The notes under the pieces: model-generated
What the model saw: only the letters and a program-made list of their open reading frames with translations
Told to the model about the DNA's origin: nothing
Databases searched by the model: none
From: Fimicolochytrium jonesii
Taxonomy: Eukaryota
Direction of reading: 5' to 3'
Length of the DNA stretch: 64,000 nucleotides
Assembly: GCF_025526975.1 (NCBI RefSeq)
Contig: NW_026515671.1
Location: 62,001 to 126,000, forward strand
Translations under genes and position numbers: made by a program
Shown here: piece by piece, positions 49,301-62,101 of the stretch
Numbering within the stretch: position 1 is the first letter of the stretch
How the letters are laid out: every line of letters begins with the position of its first letter

Positions 49301-50387
49301 CTCCGCCTCGCCGAAAAACGCAGCCTTCCCTGCCCCGACCGGGCCAAATGGCTCGAAACGCGGGACAAGATCTACGGTAAATCGTCGGCCCCCCAATTCA
49401 ACAATCACGCCCTTTCACGTCCCCGCGCTTACGACTGACATCTTTTAATTTTGATTTTAGAAACGGTGATGACAGACGGCTGGTCGGCGAAACGCCAATG
49501 CTTCATCCAGTGCTATGAGGAGAAGGAGAACCCGGTGCTGGATGCGAGTATTTTGATTATGCCGCTTTGTTTCTTCATTAGGTTCGTTTGTCTTTGCGGC
49601 GTTGAGATTGTCGAGTCTTCGTTGGGGAAGAGAGGGGTGCTGACGAGTGAGATAACTTGTGCCAGTGCGTCGGACCCGAGGATGATCAGCACGATCAAGC
49701 AGATTATGTTGCCGCCGGAGAAAGGTAGCGTTCATTCATACCATTACTGCAACACCCTGCCTCGCACTCCCTCATCCATCCCACTGACTGTCCCCATCGC
49801 CCCACCTACTTCCTCTGAAGGCGGCCTCCTAGCCAACAACCTAGTCTACCGCTACGACCGGAAAGCATTCGACGACGGCCTGAGCGGCGAAGGCGAGGGG
49901 ACGTTTAGCATGTGTAAGTTGACACATGGCACCGCGAAGCCTGCCGCTTCTTGTAAGTTTAGTTCAAGAGGCGAGATCGGCGGGGTGGATCATCCCGATG
50001 GAGAGGAGTTGGGATGCGATATGGAATTGAAGCAATCCTGCGTTCTGATGCGAAAAAACCAACACGACGGGGCGGTACATCCCCGACTCCCCACGCACAC
50101 ACCACACACCCAAACTCATCTCCCGCATTCCCCATCTCCCAGGCACCTTCTGGCTCGTGGAAGCGCTCTGCCGCGCCGGCAAACAGCACCCGGACCTCCT
50201 TGAACGCGCGGTGGTGATGTTTGAGCAGATGATTGCGTACGGGAACCACCTGACGCTCTTCAGCGAGGAGATTGCGGGCAGCGGCGAGATGCTGGGGAAC
50301 TTCCCGCAGGCGTTTACCCATATTGCGATGATGAGTGCGGCGTTCAATTTGGATAGGAGTTTGAGTGGGAAGGCTGAGGCTTTGTGA
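46370..50387 (+). CDS. Glycoside hydrolase family 15 (trehalase/glucoamylase-like), ~16 introns
   Basis: [16 protein letters not shown]...[68 protein letters not shown]...[10 protein letters not shown]. Confidence 0.93.
46878..46980. repeat. Degenerate GATGG(G)TT tandem repeat within GH15 intron 1
   Basis: Many TTGATGG/GATGGGTT units read directly from the sequence. Confidence 0.8.
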
Positions 50388-52197
50388 AATTCAACAACCC
50401 CCGGACTGGGGGGATCAGATGCGACACCCGGTGAAGGCATCGGGTCCGTAGTCTCGACGTAGATTCCCTCCCCGGCTTTCGAGTCCAACCCGTCACTGTC
50501 ACATTCTCACCCACTAGTCTGTAGCCTGTGCGATTCCCCGATCCTCTCCCGGGCGGATCTGTCTCCACCCCGTATTGGGTAGTTCTGCATATATTTCTCC
50601 GTGGTTAGGTGTAGATTCCTCCCCTTTTGTGCACATACGATCCTTTCATAGTATGCATCGAGTTCACCTTCGCCACCGCTGCATCGACCTCCGGCAGCTG
50701 TCGCGAGAACCGCCATAGGTCCTGGCATAGCTGGATCCACAGCCCGTGTTCGTTGGATGTTGCGGTCGCCCCGCTGTGAGCGTGGGGGAGAGGGAGGGGT
50801 GCCGGGATTTGCGTTTTGTTTCGGACATTTTTGGGGGACGGGGTACACAGGTATATGTATGCGCCTGGAGGGACAGAACGGCTTTCTAATTTAGGACAAA
50901 CAAACTTTTGCGAGGTCCATAGTCGTATTCCCCTCTCCCCTTTCTCTCCCACCGTTCTGCTGGGTGCCAAAGGTTGGGCTGGCGTATGGGAAACAAGTGC
51001 CCCCGCTTTCCTCCAAGACAGACCGGACGGCACACCCGCCGGAGATCGGTGCACCCCTCTCCTCGCTGCACATGACCCTTTTCTCCCACCCACCAGACGG
51101 ACCACTGCTGGACCTTCTCCGCCTTTTCAACTAAGAGAAAGACCGGTGCTCCTCTCCCTACAGGTGCTCTGTCCCCAAAGTCGGTGCCCGTCCCCTTTAG
51201 CTGCCCAATTTCGAGTTTTTCGGGACGAGGCGGAAACACTCGCCCCCCCAGAATTGGCCATATGAGCGCCCCGCCGAGCTCCTCACTCACTCCATCCCAA
51301 CCGAAGCCAAGGCTCACCTGAATGAGGAAGCAGCGCTGTGCCCGCCCAGCAAAGGCTGTCCCTGCTATTCCGTGGAGTTCCTCCGTAAGTGTGCAGGTTA
51401 GAACGCGGCGCTGCTGTCAGTTCGTTCCCCTGATTGCCGTCACTCGCGACCCCATGCATCCCACCCAGCATCCCACCCATCTTCCCCCCCTCAATAAACC
51501 CATTACACACAGAACCCCACAGCGCACCCACAACCCCCGCGATCCCCCCCCGCCGCGACAACGGTCCATATGCGCCTCCGGCTGCAACCACGTGCAGGCC
51601 CACCCTCCGCCGAGCATGAACGCGATGCACGCCTTGAATTTCATGCCCCCGGGGGAGGGTGTGGCGAGCGAGGGGGACGAGGGACTGGCGTTGTGGGGAG
51701 CCCGGGGGCCGGGTTGTCGGGTTCAGCTGGACTGTGAATAAAACTGGGATGGGGGGGACACAACTTACGCGGAGCACGACGGATGGTGGGATGAGACGGG
51801 GCGTTGGCCCTTTTTTGGTATGACGCTGTCGGGGTGGGGGTTTCTTTTTTTTCGCGCGGTCGGGGGCTGTGAGGGTCAAGGATAGTTCCGTTGAGATAGC
51901 CTCGGAGTAGGAAAAAGGCGCATGGGACCCCCCGCTGAAACAGTCTGCACTGGCGTATATGGGGTCGTCTCCACGTCTCCATGTAGATGTTCGTGTGTGT
52001 GAGGGTCAGATTTCATTCGGAAGGCACTTCTTGCGTTCCGAAGCGTTCCGCATATCTCCAGATTCGTTGTGATTTTTGAACGGGGAATGGCGTATTATGT
52101 GAATGTGATGATGAGGGAACAGAGTACGAGACAGCCAGCCTATATACAGTACATCCTATGCAGCTCTTGCCCTCGCCGAATCTAAAAAAAAAAGAAC

Positions 52198-53449
52198 CTA
52201 CGCAATGCCCGGCACCCCCACCACATTCACCCACTCATCCCACGCACAGGTCGCCACAACGCCCTTCCCCCACATACTCCAATCCACACCGACCACAAAC
52301 TCCGTATGCCCCTCATGCACCCACACACACCCCCTCGCGGGATCCCTGCCCCCCTTTGCACGGTCGGTATCCCACACCCGCATCGTCATGTCGTACCCCA
52401 CGCTCGCCAACACATTCGCGTGATGAGGTGACCATTTAGCGTTGCGAACGGCGTATTCGTGGCCTTGGAGGAGGATGATTTCACGATCCATGAAGCGGAG
52501 ATCCCACACTTTGCAGCAGCGGTCGACGGAGCCGGTGACGAGTGTGTTGGGGATGTATTTGTTCCAGTCCAGCGCGAGGATCTCGGCGTTGTGGGCGTGG
52601 ATCGTGTGTGTGGATTTGTGCGGGGAACGGGTGTCCCAGAGTTTGAGAGTTTGGTCGCCGGAGACGGAGGCGAGCGTTGTGGGGGTGTGTGGGGAGAAGT
52701 GGGTTTGGTAGATACAGTGGGTGTGTTCGGTGTAGGTTGCGAGGGAGTGGGGGGTTTCCGGGGACCACTGTGGATAGTAAGGCGAAGTGTGAGGAATGGG
52801 AGGATTGGAGGTTGACGGACCGCCGGCCGCTGCACTTACCAGTTTGATGGTGTTATCCCATGACCCAGTCACGAAGGTGCTCTTATCCACCAAGTTCCAG
52901 TTGACGGTGAACACCTCCCGGGTATGTTCCGCCCAGTTCCGTATTGGAAAGTCCTACATTGATTTACCCCAAACATCAGTTCACCCACCCCCGCGCGTTC
53001 ATCACCACCCCCAACCCAACCAACGACACGGAGTACTGTACATACAGGTAATGTGACATCCCACAACTTGATACTCCCATCCCCGCTGCTCGTCACGAGC
53101 TGGTTCTCGTGCACTTCGCTCCAGGCGAGGTCGTAGAGGCCGTCTTGCGTGTCGTACACTTTCTCACACTCGATCCCCTCCGGCCCCGCACCGATCCCAA
53201 GCACCCATAGCCGGCCATTCCCCACAATCCCAAAGTTCGACGCAGAGGCGCATGCGAGCCGGTTTTCGAAGAAGGGGCTGTATTGCACCTGTTGGTTGGT
53301 GGGAGGGGAGAGAAGGGGAGGATGAGGGTTTAGACGGGACGCGTTGGGTGTGATGGAATTGGACGGGAACTGGGGGGTCGAAATCCTCCTCGCGATATGT
53401 GGATACGTACCGCATAGCCATTGAACCCCGTTGTCCTAAACCGCATCAT
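52198..53449 (-). CDS. PEX7: Peroxisomal PTS2 receptor Pex7 (WD40), 3 introns
   Basis: MMRFRTTGFNGYA|VQYSPFFENRLACASASNFGIVGNGRL, DGLYDLAWSEVHENQ, SGDGSIKLWD, LDWNKY, HTEFVVGVDWS. Confidence 0.96.
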
Positions 53450-53990
53450 ACTTCTCCAAGCCCGGTGTATCAGCGTGTGTGTGTGACGACGTTCGAGGGA
53501 GCGAGGAGTGGGAGTGGGGGTTGCTGTGAGAAGGTGGGTCCGAATTAAGTCGTGGGGGTGAGCAAAAGACGGTCGAACTGTAGGTGGAGCAGGGAGTGAG
53601 CAGGGAGGGAGGGAGAGAGAAGGATGTCGTGGTATGTAGGCTGCTGCTGCTGTTGCGATTTGTCGTAATGAGAACGGAGCGAAGAGGGGCGAAGGTTCCC
53701 ACGGAACAACACGGGGAATGGCCAGGGGAATGGCGGGCCGGGAAGATGTCCACTTGCACTGCAACCTGACTGCAACCTGTCAACCGCGGCGTTTATCGAA
53801 AACAACTCGCCCAGCCCACCAGCACCAGAGCAACCGTCCATAGCGGCAGCCAGCGACCGGAAGAAAACGACAGCCAGGAAGCCATCCCTCAAGCTATACC
53901 CGAGCATTATACGGCGTGAAGCACTTGGGCAGAATTGGATGCATCTCGCTGATTATATCTCAAGAGCTACGGTTTCACGAACAGTGAGAT

Positions 53991-54887
53991 ATGCGACCCG
54001 GCTTCTTCGTCAACAGAGTCGTAAACAAGTTTGTGATCATCGCCGTGGAGGCAAAAATTGGAGAGGCACCTTGCCATAGGACTGGCGGCGAACGCCCCCG
54101 GTGCTGGCGTGCGAGGCAGAATCGACGCATGGATGGTTTCGGTGTTCGCGGGATTGCTCTCAAGGAATCCGCCTTCAAGTACGCTGGCAACGAGCTAGAG
54201 TATGAGGACTATATTTATACAGCACAGAGGGAATCTTCAGGCTGCACCGGGAACGGCCTCGAACTTCACGAGCCCATGGTGGGCATAGATAAGAACTTCA
54301 AGGTTCTCTTCGTGTTCATAGCTGACGCGGTGGGGCCCTACTGACAGCAGCTGTTTGAGGCACACGGTGGATCTGTTTCTGAAGGGGGCGCCCCAAAAAG
54401 GGTATGTCGATTCGCTCCTTATTCGTACCCTCGTACTACCGAACTCGAGCAAGAAATCGATGATTTGAAGTCTGGGCCTCACTTCACCCTCACGGCCAAA
54501 GTGTGGAATATCGACGAGAAGGTCGAGCAGTCGTATAAGATGAGAGTTACAAAGCACAAGAACTGGGCGAACCGTGAGAAGATTCTCCGAATGGGCGATG
54601 TTTACCAAGTTTGGGGTCAACTTGCTGATCCCCGTGCGCTTTTCGGCGAGAACTTCTGGGCACTTTCCACGCTTATCGGTAAAGGCGGCGATCCTGTGGT
54701 GAAGAAGGAGCCCAAGCTCTCCGTGCCACGGCGATGCGTCCCCGGTACTCCTGATGCTTGGGGTACGCATCTCTCGCATTCTGCCTCCCTGCAAAGGCTT
54801 TGCAGGAGCCGCCTGCATCCATCACCGGTGCTCGAGGTGTTGTCGGCGGGCGGGGAGTATATGGACCTCGTTCGTTGGATGGAGTAA
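53991..54887 (+). pseudogene. Disrupted hypothetical protein
   Basis: ORFs 53991-54344 and 54465-54887 lie in one frame separated only by TGA at 54342, and the translation looks protein-like. Confidence 0.4.
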
Positions 54888-55402
54888 AGAAAGCGATTGA
54901 AGAAGCCGTGCGAGCGCTCAGCCTATAACGGTACCGCTGTCGAGCAGGTCCGCCTCCGCATCCCCAGGCTTCCCGCCAATCCACCTGCACCTTTCCTCGT
55001 TGCTTCCGTTGGACCGCCTCCGTCGACGCTCCTCCCAAGTCCCAAGTTGCCGAGCAACATCTCGCAGGTCGGCACAACATCATCCTCACACGTAGGACGT
55101 CCTTCCTTTTGCCTTGGGCTCCATGCGATGGACTTTCCAACGAAGTTGCTACCCTTGAGAGTGTACAGATAGGACGACAACTCAATTACGAAGCCGCCGT
55201 GCGTTGTTACAACTGGGAAAATCCGCCACATGGATTCACATGCCCTGCACAGGGCGAGCATCGACTTTTGCAGCTACGCTGGCCAACGGCACCATCTGCG
55301 GAAAAGACTTCATCGTCGTGTCGGGCGCCGCGACCATTAGGGGCGCAGATCGCCCCGACCTCTTTCACGTTTCCGCAATGATGTTCGCCAGCGCACATCA
55401 TG

Positions 55403-55741
55403 CTGGATGCAATGATGATCGAGTGGATCTCTCGAAGCCTTGACGTTTGACACTTGGTGTCTGTGTGTGATATTCACCTTTGTATTTGTAAACTCGTAGA
55501 CCGCACGGCAACATATCCTGGGGGCGGGATTGCGGCCCGACGGCTCTGAGGATGTTTGTTGGAGAGGTGAGAAGACCTTTAACGCATGGATGCTGGAGGG
55601 TGGAGGGACGAGCAAGCTACCTGCGCAGAGAAGAAGAACATGCCGCCCTTTGACCGGATTTCGTCTTGTTGGCCACCTCGGACAGCCTCACACTGTGAAT
55701 TATGAAACACTGGATGCAATGATGATCGAGTGGATCTCTCG
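55403..55741. repeat. 32-bp exact direct repeat (55403-55434 and 55710-55741)
   Basis: CTGGATGCAATGATGATCGAGTGGATCTCTCG occurs twice. The adjacent GTTGGTCAGGTTCCATT also recurs (55749-55765 and 56014-56030). Confidence 0.9.
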
Positions 55742-56955
55742 GGGCCTTGTTGGTCAGGTTCCATTCCCTCAAACCATGGATTATCCACTCGACGTGCAGA
55801 TGCTCGGAAAGCCATTGGAGTGGCATGTGTGTATGGGGTGCCGGAGCAGGACAGACTGGAGATCTCCGACAACCTTCTGTATACGCTCATGCGCCTCCAG
55901 CAAGAGCATGGAGACAGATTGCACACCGGGGAATTATCAATCGGGCATGTACACACCAGCGACCAAGAAGTCGAGATGACTACTCCCTGACTACTCCAGG
56001 ACTACTCCCTCCAGTTGGTCAGGTTCCATTTCCAAGGCGGAAATGGACCTCGAGCAAGGCGGAACCGCGACCGAGGCAACAGAATCGAGCTTGTTTGTTA
56101 TCGGCGATCCGCAGAGCCTCTGAAACATGTTGGGTTAGTGTACTCACCGCCGGCACGTCTCGGCCGAAACAAAGGGAGTGTCCCCCACAAGAAGAGAGGG
56201 TCGTGCAGTCGCTGAAGTTGGCCGACATGACAGACTTTTTCGAAAATCGAACAAACAACGAAGACACGGAGAGCACCCGAGCTCACGTCTGAGGAAATCG
56301 TGCGCTTGAAGCGTGGAATCTATGTGCTGGTGGCGCGATGTTCGCAGATGAAGGGTTCTACAGCCGATCAATCTCAGCTCCCCGTGGATGTCAGGGCATT
56401 GCCGATTGTAGGAGAACAGGAAGTCAGGAGGAAGGCGGCACGAGACATGTGCAACGACGACACTGCTTACACCAATGAGACGGCGCTCCGCTCCACCCTT
56501 CCTTGACGGAGTATGTTTCTGGAGCATCGAATGAACCGTTGCGGTGGAAGTCAAGTTTGCAGGCGCCTCTTGTGGACGATTGCAACCTTGATTTCGATCT
56601 TAACCTTTCCCTGGATTGTGATCTTCGGCGGTGAGAGGACCGTCATTATGGCGACGGTTGGACATTCGTCCCTCTGGGAGTGAGCCAACAGAGCAGTCGG
56701 ATGATTGCCTCCATGCCTCGAGCCATCGATCGAATGGAAAGGCCGTCCGACATGTGCGTCTCTTTCGCACCAACTCTCATGCCAGATGCAACGAGGAAGC
56801 GGCCGACATCATAGATTTCCCATTCGCCAAAAGTAATTCAGACCCATGTCACGCCAAAGCAAATCCACATCAACCACTACACCTCTTTCGATACATCAGC
56901 CCCTAAGATACATTCTGTCCCTCTTTCCCTTGACACACCCTCTCTCGCCCACAAC

Positions 56956-57309
56956 ATGGTGAAGAAGCTAGACAAAGCCGGCCTTCGCCTTTTGAGGCGC
57001 TACAAGTTCAATTCAGCTGGTATCTTCGACCCCGTCCCGGACAGAAGCTTGGCCGGCCTTTCGACCTGGTCCCGGAGTGAAGTTTATGATTACGCCAACA
57101 CCTTGCGCATGGGCTATGTCCGGGCAAAACGATGCTTTGAAGGCCGTACTCGTTTCCAAGACGAATACATTCCCGAAGAAAGACGAGACCAAAATCATCA
57201 GAAACCCATCGATGCCGCGGCACGAAGATGTGAGGCCTTTTTGGACCGTTTGCACAAGGTTCGTATCCAATTTCACGCACGACGTATTTGGGCAAAGAAA
57301 GAGGACTGA
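56956..57309 (+). CDS. Small basic hypothetical protein (117 aa), intronless
   Basis: Intact ATG-to-TGA ORF with CACAACATG start context, a pyrimidine-rich leader and helical protein-like composition. Confidence 0.5.
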   Translation: MVKKLDKAGLRLLRRYKFNSAGIFDPVPDRSLAGLSTWSRSEVYDYANTLRMGYVRAKRCFEGRTRFQDEYIPEERRDQNHQKPIDAAARRCEAFLDRLHKVRIQFHARRIWAKKED

Positions 57310-57415
57310 ACAGAATCCTCTTGCACATTGATATCCGTGAGTAGACGAGGGTTCGCACCCAGCAGAAGCAAGTCTACCAGTATCGGGTTATGCGTCTCCA
57401 GATCATCATCGAACC

Positions 57416-57552
57416 GCTCCTTCTACTATGGCTCTCACACGGTCTTTCTCCCTTGTTCAGCTGCTCACGATCAGGCATAAGATAGAGCACATATGTAGGA
57501 GTTCGAATCGCCCAAGGGAGAAAGACCGTGTGAGAGCCATAGTAGAAGGAGC
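57416..57552. repeat. Perfect 40-bp inverted repeat, 57-nt spacer
   Basis: 57416-57455 is the exact reverse complement of 57513-57552. Confidence 0.96.
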
Positions 57553-59583
57553 CGCGTTGATGCATGCAGTTCAGGTAGGTTCCCGACAGAATTCCTGAGG
57601 AATTCATGCAAACTAGACCCCGTGGCTCTGACTACGTACTTTCCTCCACGTGAGCAGATGAAACGTGAGCGTGAACAGATGGAGCGTGAGCAGATATGAA
57701 CAGGCCCATCAGGATGATCGGCCAAACCGACGAAACTAGCCCGCTTGGCGTGAGAAAGTCATGATATTGCAGCAACAGGGCGGAACCATTTCCGGCTAAA
57801 AAAAGCAGGCACTCAGGATGGGTTGCGAGGCCGGGAGGTGACGAGGCTCCTCGAAGCAACGCCATGGCCGCCTTGGTTGTCGATTACGAAGGTGGACATC
57901 AGGATCCTTAGTTTCCGTGGTGTCAATCAATACCAAGCTCTTGTGGGAGGAACTGCTTCGGGTGTCCGCATCCGAGAGTGGAAGAGCTCCGTCGTTGGTC
58001 TACCAGCGGGAGCTGCCGCACCGGTTCTGTGGGGATGCTCGGGGGGCTCTAGGCGCTCAAACGGTGCTTTTGTAGTGCTTCGAGATCGGCCGTACGCTGC
58101 GATGGTGGCTGAGTATCAGCCGCATGGCTACGCCGGGGCGCACAAGGACAGCGTGGTCGGCGGCGCCGAAGCCATCTTCGAGCTGAACCGGATTTTGTCG
58201 ATCACGACCTGTTGTCCGATACCTTTCGACCCTCCTGTCGGCGGTATGTGTCTTCCCTTCGGCAGGCGTGGTGAACATTCTGATAACAACCTTCTTTTGC
58301 AGTATCGGAGGTTGACAGCCAATGATACCAGCCATGCGCAGTCCGAATTGCAGCCGCATCTCTTTCAAGACGTTGCAAAGGAGTATAACCTCCGGATTGA
58401 GGTGAAAGTGACAAAAACGACATCGATTGCAGACTTCCGCCTTTTGATAACCACCGTGTATGATCGTATACTGCGCTGGCACACCACTCGCCAGGTACGT
58501 AGGCCTTGTTATGGCTGGCGCACAACAGTCGATGTCTCTATCAACCACACTGAACATCAACCTCGTCAATGTCCAGCACGGCGGACATCTTGCCTCTTCA
58601 CGGAGGAAGCCCATATGTATCCTATGCAGAGTGTTGTGATGCATGACGGGCGCAACTATAGATCATGGTCATCTTATCACCGTGAGCGGACGCAAAGCCA
58701 ACTGGATGGTACATTCTCAACGACTTGAATGTTGCGCCGAGCGAACTCTTGGGCAGAATCGTTCGCGCATTGGGGCGAACGGGGTGTATTTCCGGAGCGG
58801 TCAGTGAGGGCTTGCGGTATACAGTACAGTACGTCAGGGTTGCAGCCAGCCCTTTTTGGGGACAGTTGCAACCTTGACTTCCATCGCCATCGGTCGCTTC
58901 ACTACTGCGATGGGGTCTTGGAGGGGCGGACACTGAACGAATAAGGAAACACACGGAACAGGGTGTCTGTCTATCAGATGGACCTGCCGGGTCGTGTAAG
59001 TTCTCTGTTCGGGAAGTGGCTTTCGGGATGACGGCGGGGTAATGTGGATAGTGTGGGGTAATACGCATTTCACGATGAGGACTTTTTCGGTCAGGGACCT
59101 CGTCATCTTTTGACGCCTTTTCCTGTGACCTTCTCATGAACATCGCTGCTTTTGCACACGCATAGTTTTTCATTTTCCGTTCCCTTTTCGTGAAATCGCC
59201 CCCAGAGGGGGGTTCTGCCAAGTTTCGATTATGTGGATATACAAAGAAAGGGGCCATAAATAACAATTGCGGAAGGGAACGCTAAACAGATACAGACGCT
59301 ACATAAAATGCAGGGGGGCACCTATATACGGCTTCGCGGGTGGATGTGAACGAGTGAATGGGCAAGGCCGCATGGGATGGGGATGGGTGTTCCGCGCTAT
59401 CTATGTGGGCGGATCTATAGTGCGCGGATGCACAATGATCCGCAAACACCCGCTGCCCCTGGCGCCATGAGACTTTCCAGCCCCACAAGCGCGATGGGGA
59501 TCCGTCGTATCCCCGCAGCCAGGTTCTTTTCCCGTGTAAATGTGGTCTTCAGGATAAATTAATGTATGCGCAACGCATATGCT

Positions 59584-62101
59584 CTACTTGCGCTGCTCGA
59601 GCTGTTTCTTCCTGTACTCCTCGACCAGCTGGTTCTGCACGAAGGGCATGACGGGGCTGTGTTGCTTGTATTCCATTGCGAATTCTCCTTTACCCTGAAT
59701 GCACGAAACAAAACATCATATGAGGTCAGAAAGGCGCCTAAAACGTAGCGTGCCGTGCAACAAAAATGATCCGGAACTCCGAACAACCCATACCTGCGTG
59801 CAACTCCTCAAGTCCGTCGAAAACCCAAACATCTCATTCAACGGCACCTCAGCCTTGACCTCCACATAATCCTCGACAATCTCCGAATCCCCAATCGTGC
59901 CTTTGCGTTTATTCAACAGCCCAATCGCAGCTCCTTGAAACTCCGCCGGCGCAGTCAAACTCACGTCCATGACCGGTTCCAAGATCGCGGGGCCGGCTTT
60001 ATGGAAGGCTTCACGGAACGCTCCCGCGGCCGCGACTTTGAACGCCATTTCGGAGGAGTCGACGGCGTGCGACATCCCGTCTTCGAGGACAAAGCGGACG
60101 TTTGTGATCGGGTGGCCGATCAGGAGGCCCTTTTCGCAGGCCTCGAGGAACCCTTTTTGGATGGCGGGGATGTACTGGGTGGGGATGTTCATGCCGACGG
60201 TGCTGTTGACGAATTCGACTGTTTTGCCGTCTTCCAGTGGCTCATCGAGCGGTTCGATGTACCCGACGACTTTCCCGAACTGGCCCGACCCGCCGGACTG
60301 TTTCTTGTGCGTGTAGTTGAAGGGGATCTTGGCGTTGATGGTTTCTCGGAATGCGACTTGGGGTTTACCGGTCGTGCAGTCGACGTTGTATTCGCGTTTC
60401 ATGCGTTCGACGTAGATCTCCAGGTGGAGCTCGCCCATGCCCGAGATGATGGTCTGCTTGCTCTCGGCGTCGACATGTACGCGAAAGGTCGGGTCCTCGC
60501 GCTGGAACCTTGAAAGAGCTTTCGAGAAGTTGGTGGACTCTTTCCCCTTGGGTTCGAGGGAGAGGGAGATGACGGGTTGGGGTACGTAGATGGAGGTCAT
60601 AGAGTAAGCCTGGGTTCCGTCGGTGAAAGTGTCGCCTGAGGCGCAGTCGATTCCGAAGAGGGCGCAGATTTCGCCGGATTGGACGGCGGAAACGTCTTCC
60701 ATTTCATTGGAGTGCATGCGGACGAGGCGGGAGACTTTGACTTTTTTGTTCGTGCGGGAGTTGGTGATCCAGTCGCCTTTGCGGAGCGTGCCTTGGTAGA
60801 TGCGGAGGTAGGTTAGTTGACCGAAGCGGCCTTCCTCGAGTTTGAAGGCGAGGCCGATGAGTTTGGCGGAGGAGGAGGAGGAGAGGGTAACTTTGGCTTC
60901 GTCGTTGGCAGCGTCGAGGGCGACGTTGTCGACTTCGTTGGGCCGAGGTAGGAAGGCGATCACACCGTCGAGCATGGGCTGCACGCCCTTGTTGTGGTAT
61001 GCGGAGCCCATGAAAACCGGACAGAATTTGCGTGCAATGGTGGCCCTGCGGAGCGCGTCGTGGAGTTGCTGGGATGTAGGGTTCTCCTCGTTTAAGAAGA
61101 TCTCTGCAATCTCATCGTCAGCGTCCGCCAGGCACTCGACGAGCTCGGCTCGCTTCTCCGTGGCACGGTCGACGAGATCAGCGGGAACGTCCTCGACGCG
61201 GATAGTTTCGCCCTTCTCCCCGTCGTTGTAGTACGCTTTCAACTGCACAAGATCAATCACGCCCTTCAATCCAGTCTCCGCGCCATTAGGGATCTGCACG
61301 GCTGCGGCGTTCAGCCTCAGCTTCGTCCTCAATTGGTCAATGACACGCCATGGGTTCGCACCCGCCCGGTCCATTTTGTTGATGAAGCAGATACGCGGGA
61401 TGTTATACCGCTTCATCTGCCGATCGACCGTCATCGTCTGACTCTGCACGCCTCCCACAGCGCACAGCACGAGCACCGCACTATCCAACACACGCAGCGC
61501 CCTCTCGACCTCAATGGTGAAGTCGACGTGCCCGGGAGTGTCGATGATGTTGATAGCGTGGTCGCCCCATTTGGTGTACGTCGCCGCGGACTGGATCGTG
61601 ATACCCTTCTCGCGCTCCAGTTCCATGGAGTCCATCGTGGCGCCTACATTGTCCTTGCCGCGGACTTCGTGGATTTCGTTGATTCGTCCAGTATAGAAGA
61701 GGATGCGCTCTGTTAAGGTTGTTTTGCCAGAGTCGATGTGAGCGGAGATTCCGATGTTGCGGAGTTTGTCCAGCCGTGCCTGAGAAACATTCCGAAGCAA
61801 CGTTAGGTACAAAGGCCCCAGGTGCGGAAGAACTGGCCATCACGCAAAGCTGTAACCCGCAACAACAAGCACGCACCAAGTCTCCATCATCTAGCGGCGC
61901 CGGCGTAGGAGGCTCAAACGGAGCTACCTCAGCTTCCGCGGCCGTCGCCGCGTACGCTCGTCGGAACCATGTGTTTTCTGCAATGGGCGCGCGGAAGATA
62001 CCGATGCGGCCAGGTATGAGTGGCTTCACGGCGGCGGCAGCGAATATAGGCACCCGCGCCGCTGCCACCCTTTGCAAGAAGGTGTTGACCGGGACCACCA
62101 T
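59584..62101 (-). CDS. MEF1: Mitochondrial translation elongation factor G1 (2 introns)
   Basis: Presequence exon, then [59 protein letters not shown] and HAVDSSE. Last exon GKGEFAMEY...EQRK-stop. Confidence 0.96.

Noticed and set aside
50500..52000. Minus-strand fragments, including EHGLWIQLCQDL...VAKVNSMH vaguely like an Sgf29 N-terminus, and intron-like signals
   Set aside because: No Tudor domains and no coherent gene model; the resemblance is too weak.
1..53449. PEX19, GPD and PEX7 in one window as a peroxisomal cluster
   Set aside because: PEX7 is ~50 kb away with many unrelated genes between, and this GPD has no canonical PTS2. Probably coincidence.
55412..55550. ATGATGA (box C-like) in the 32-bp repeat as a snoRNA, or the repeats as a CRISPR-like array
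   Set aside because: No well-placed box D or terminal stem. There are only two copies 307 nt apart in a eukaryote with no cas genes.
57456..57512. tRNA gene suggested by GTTCGAATC
   Set aside because: No cloverleaf, A box or acceptor stem could be formed.
57823..59266. 301-aa, 195-aa and 214-aa overlapping ORFs; checked for Fanzor/TnpB RuvC or transposase motifs
   Set aside because: No RuvC, DDE or RT motifs were recognised, and the coding strand is ambiguous.
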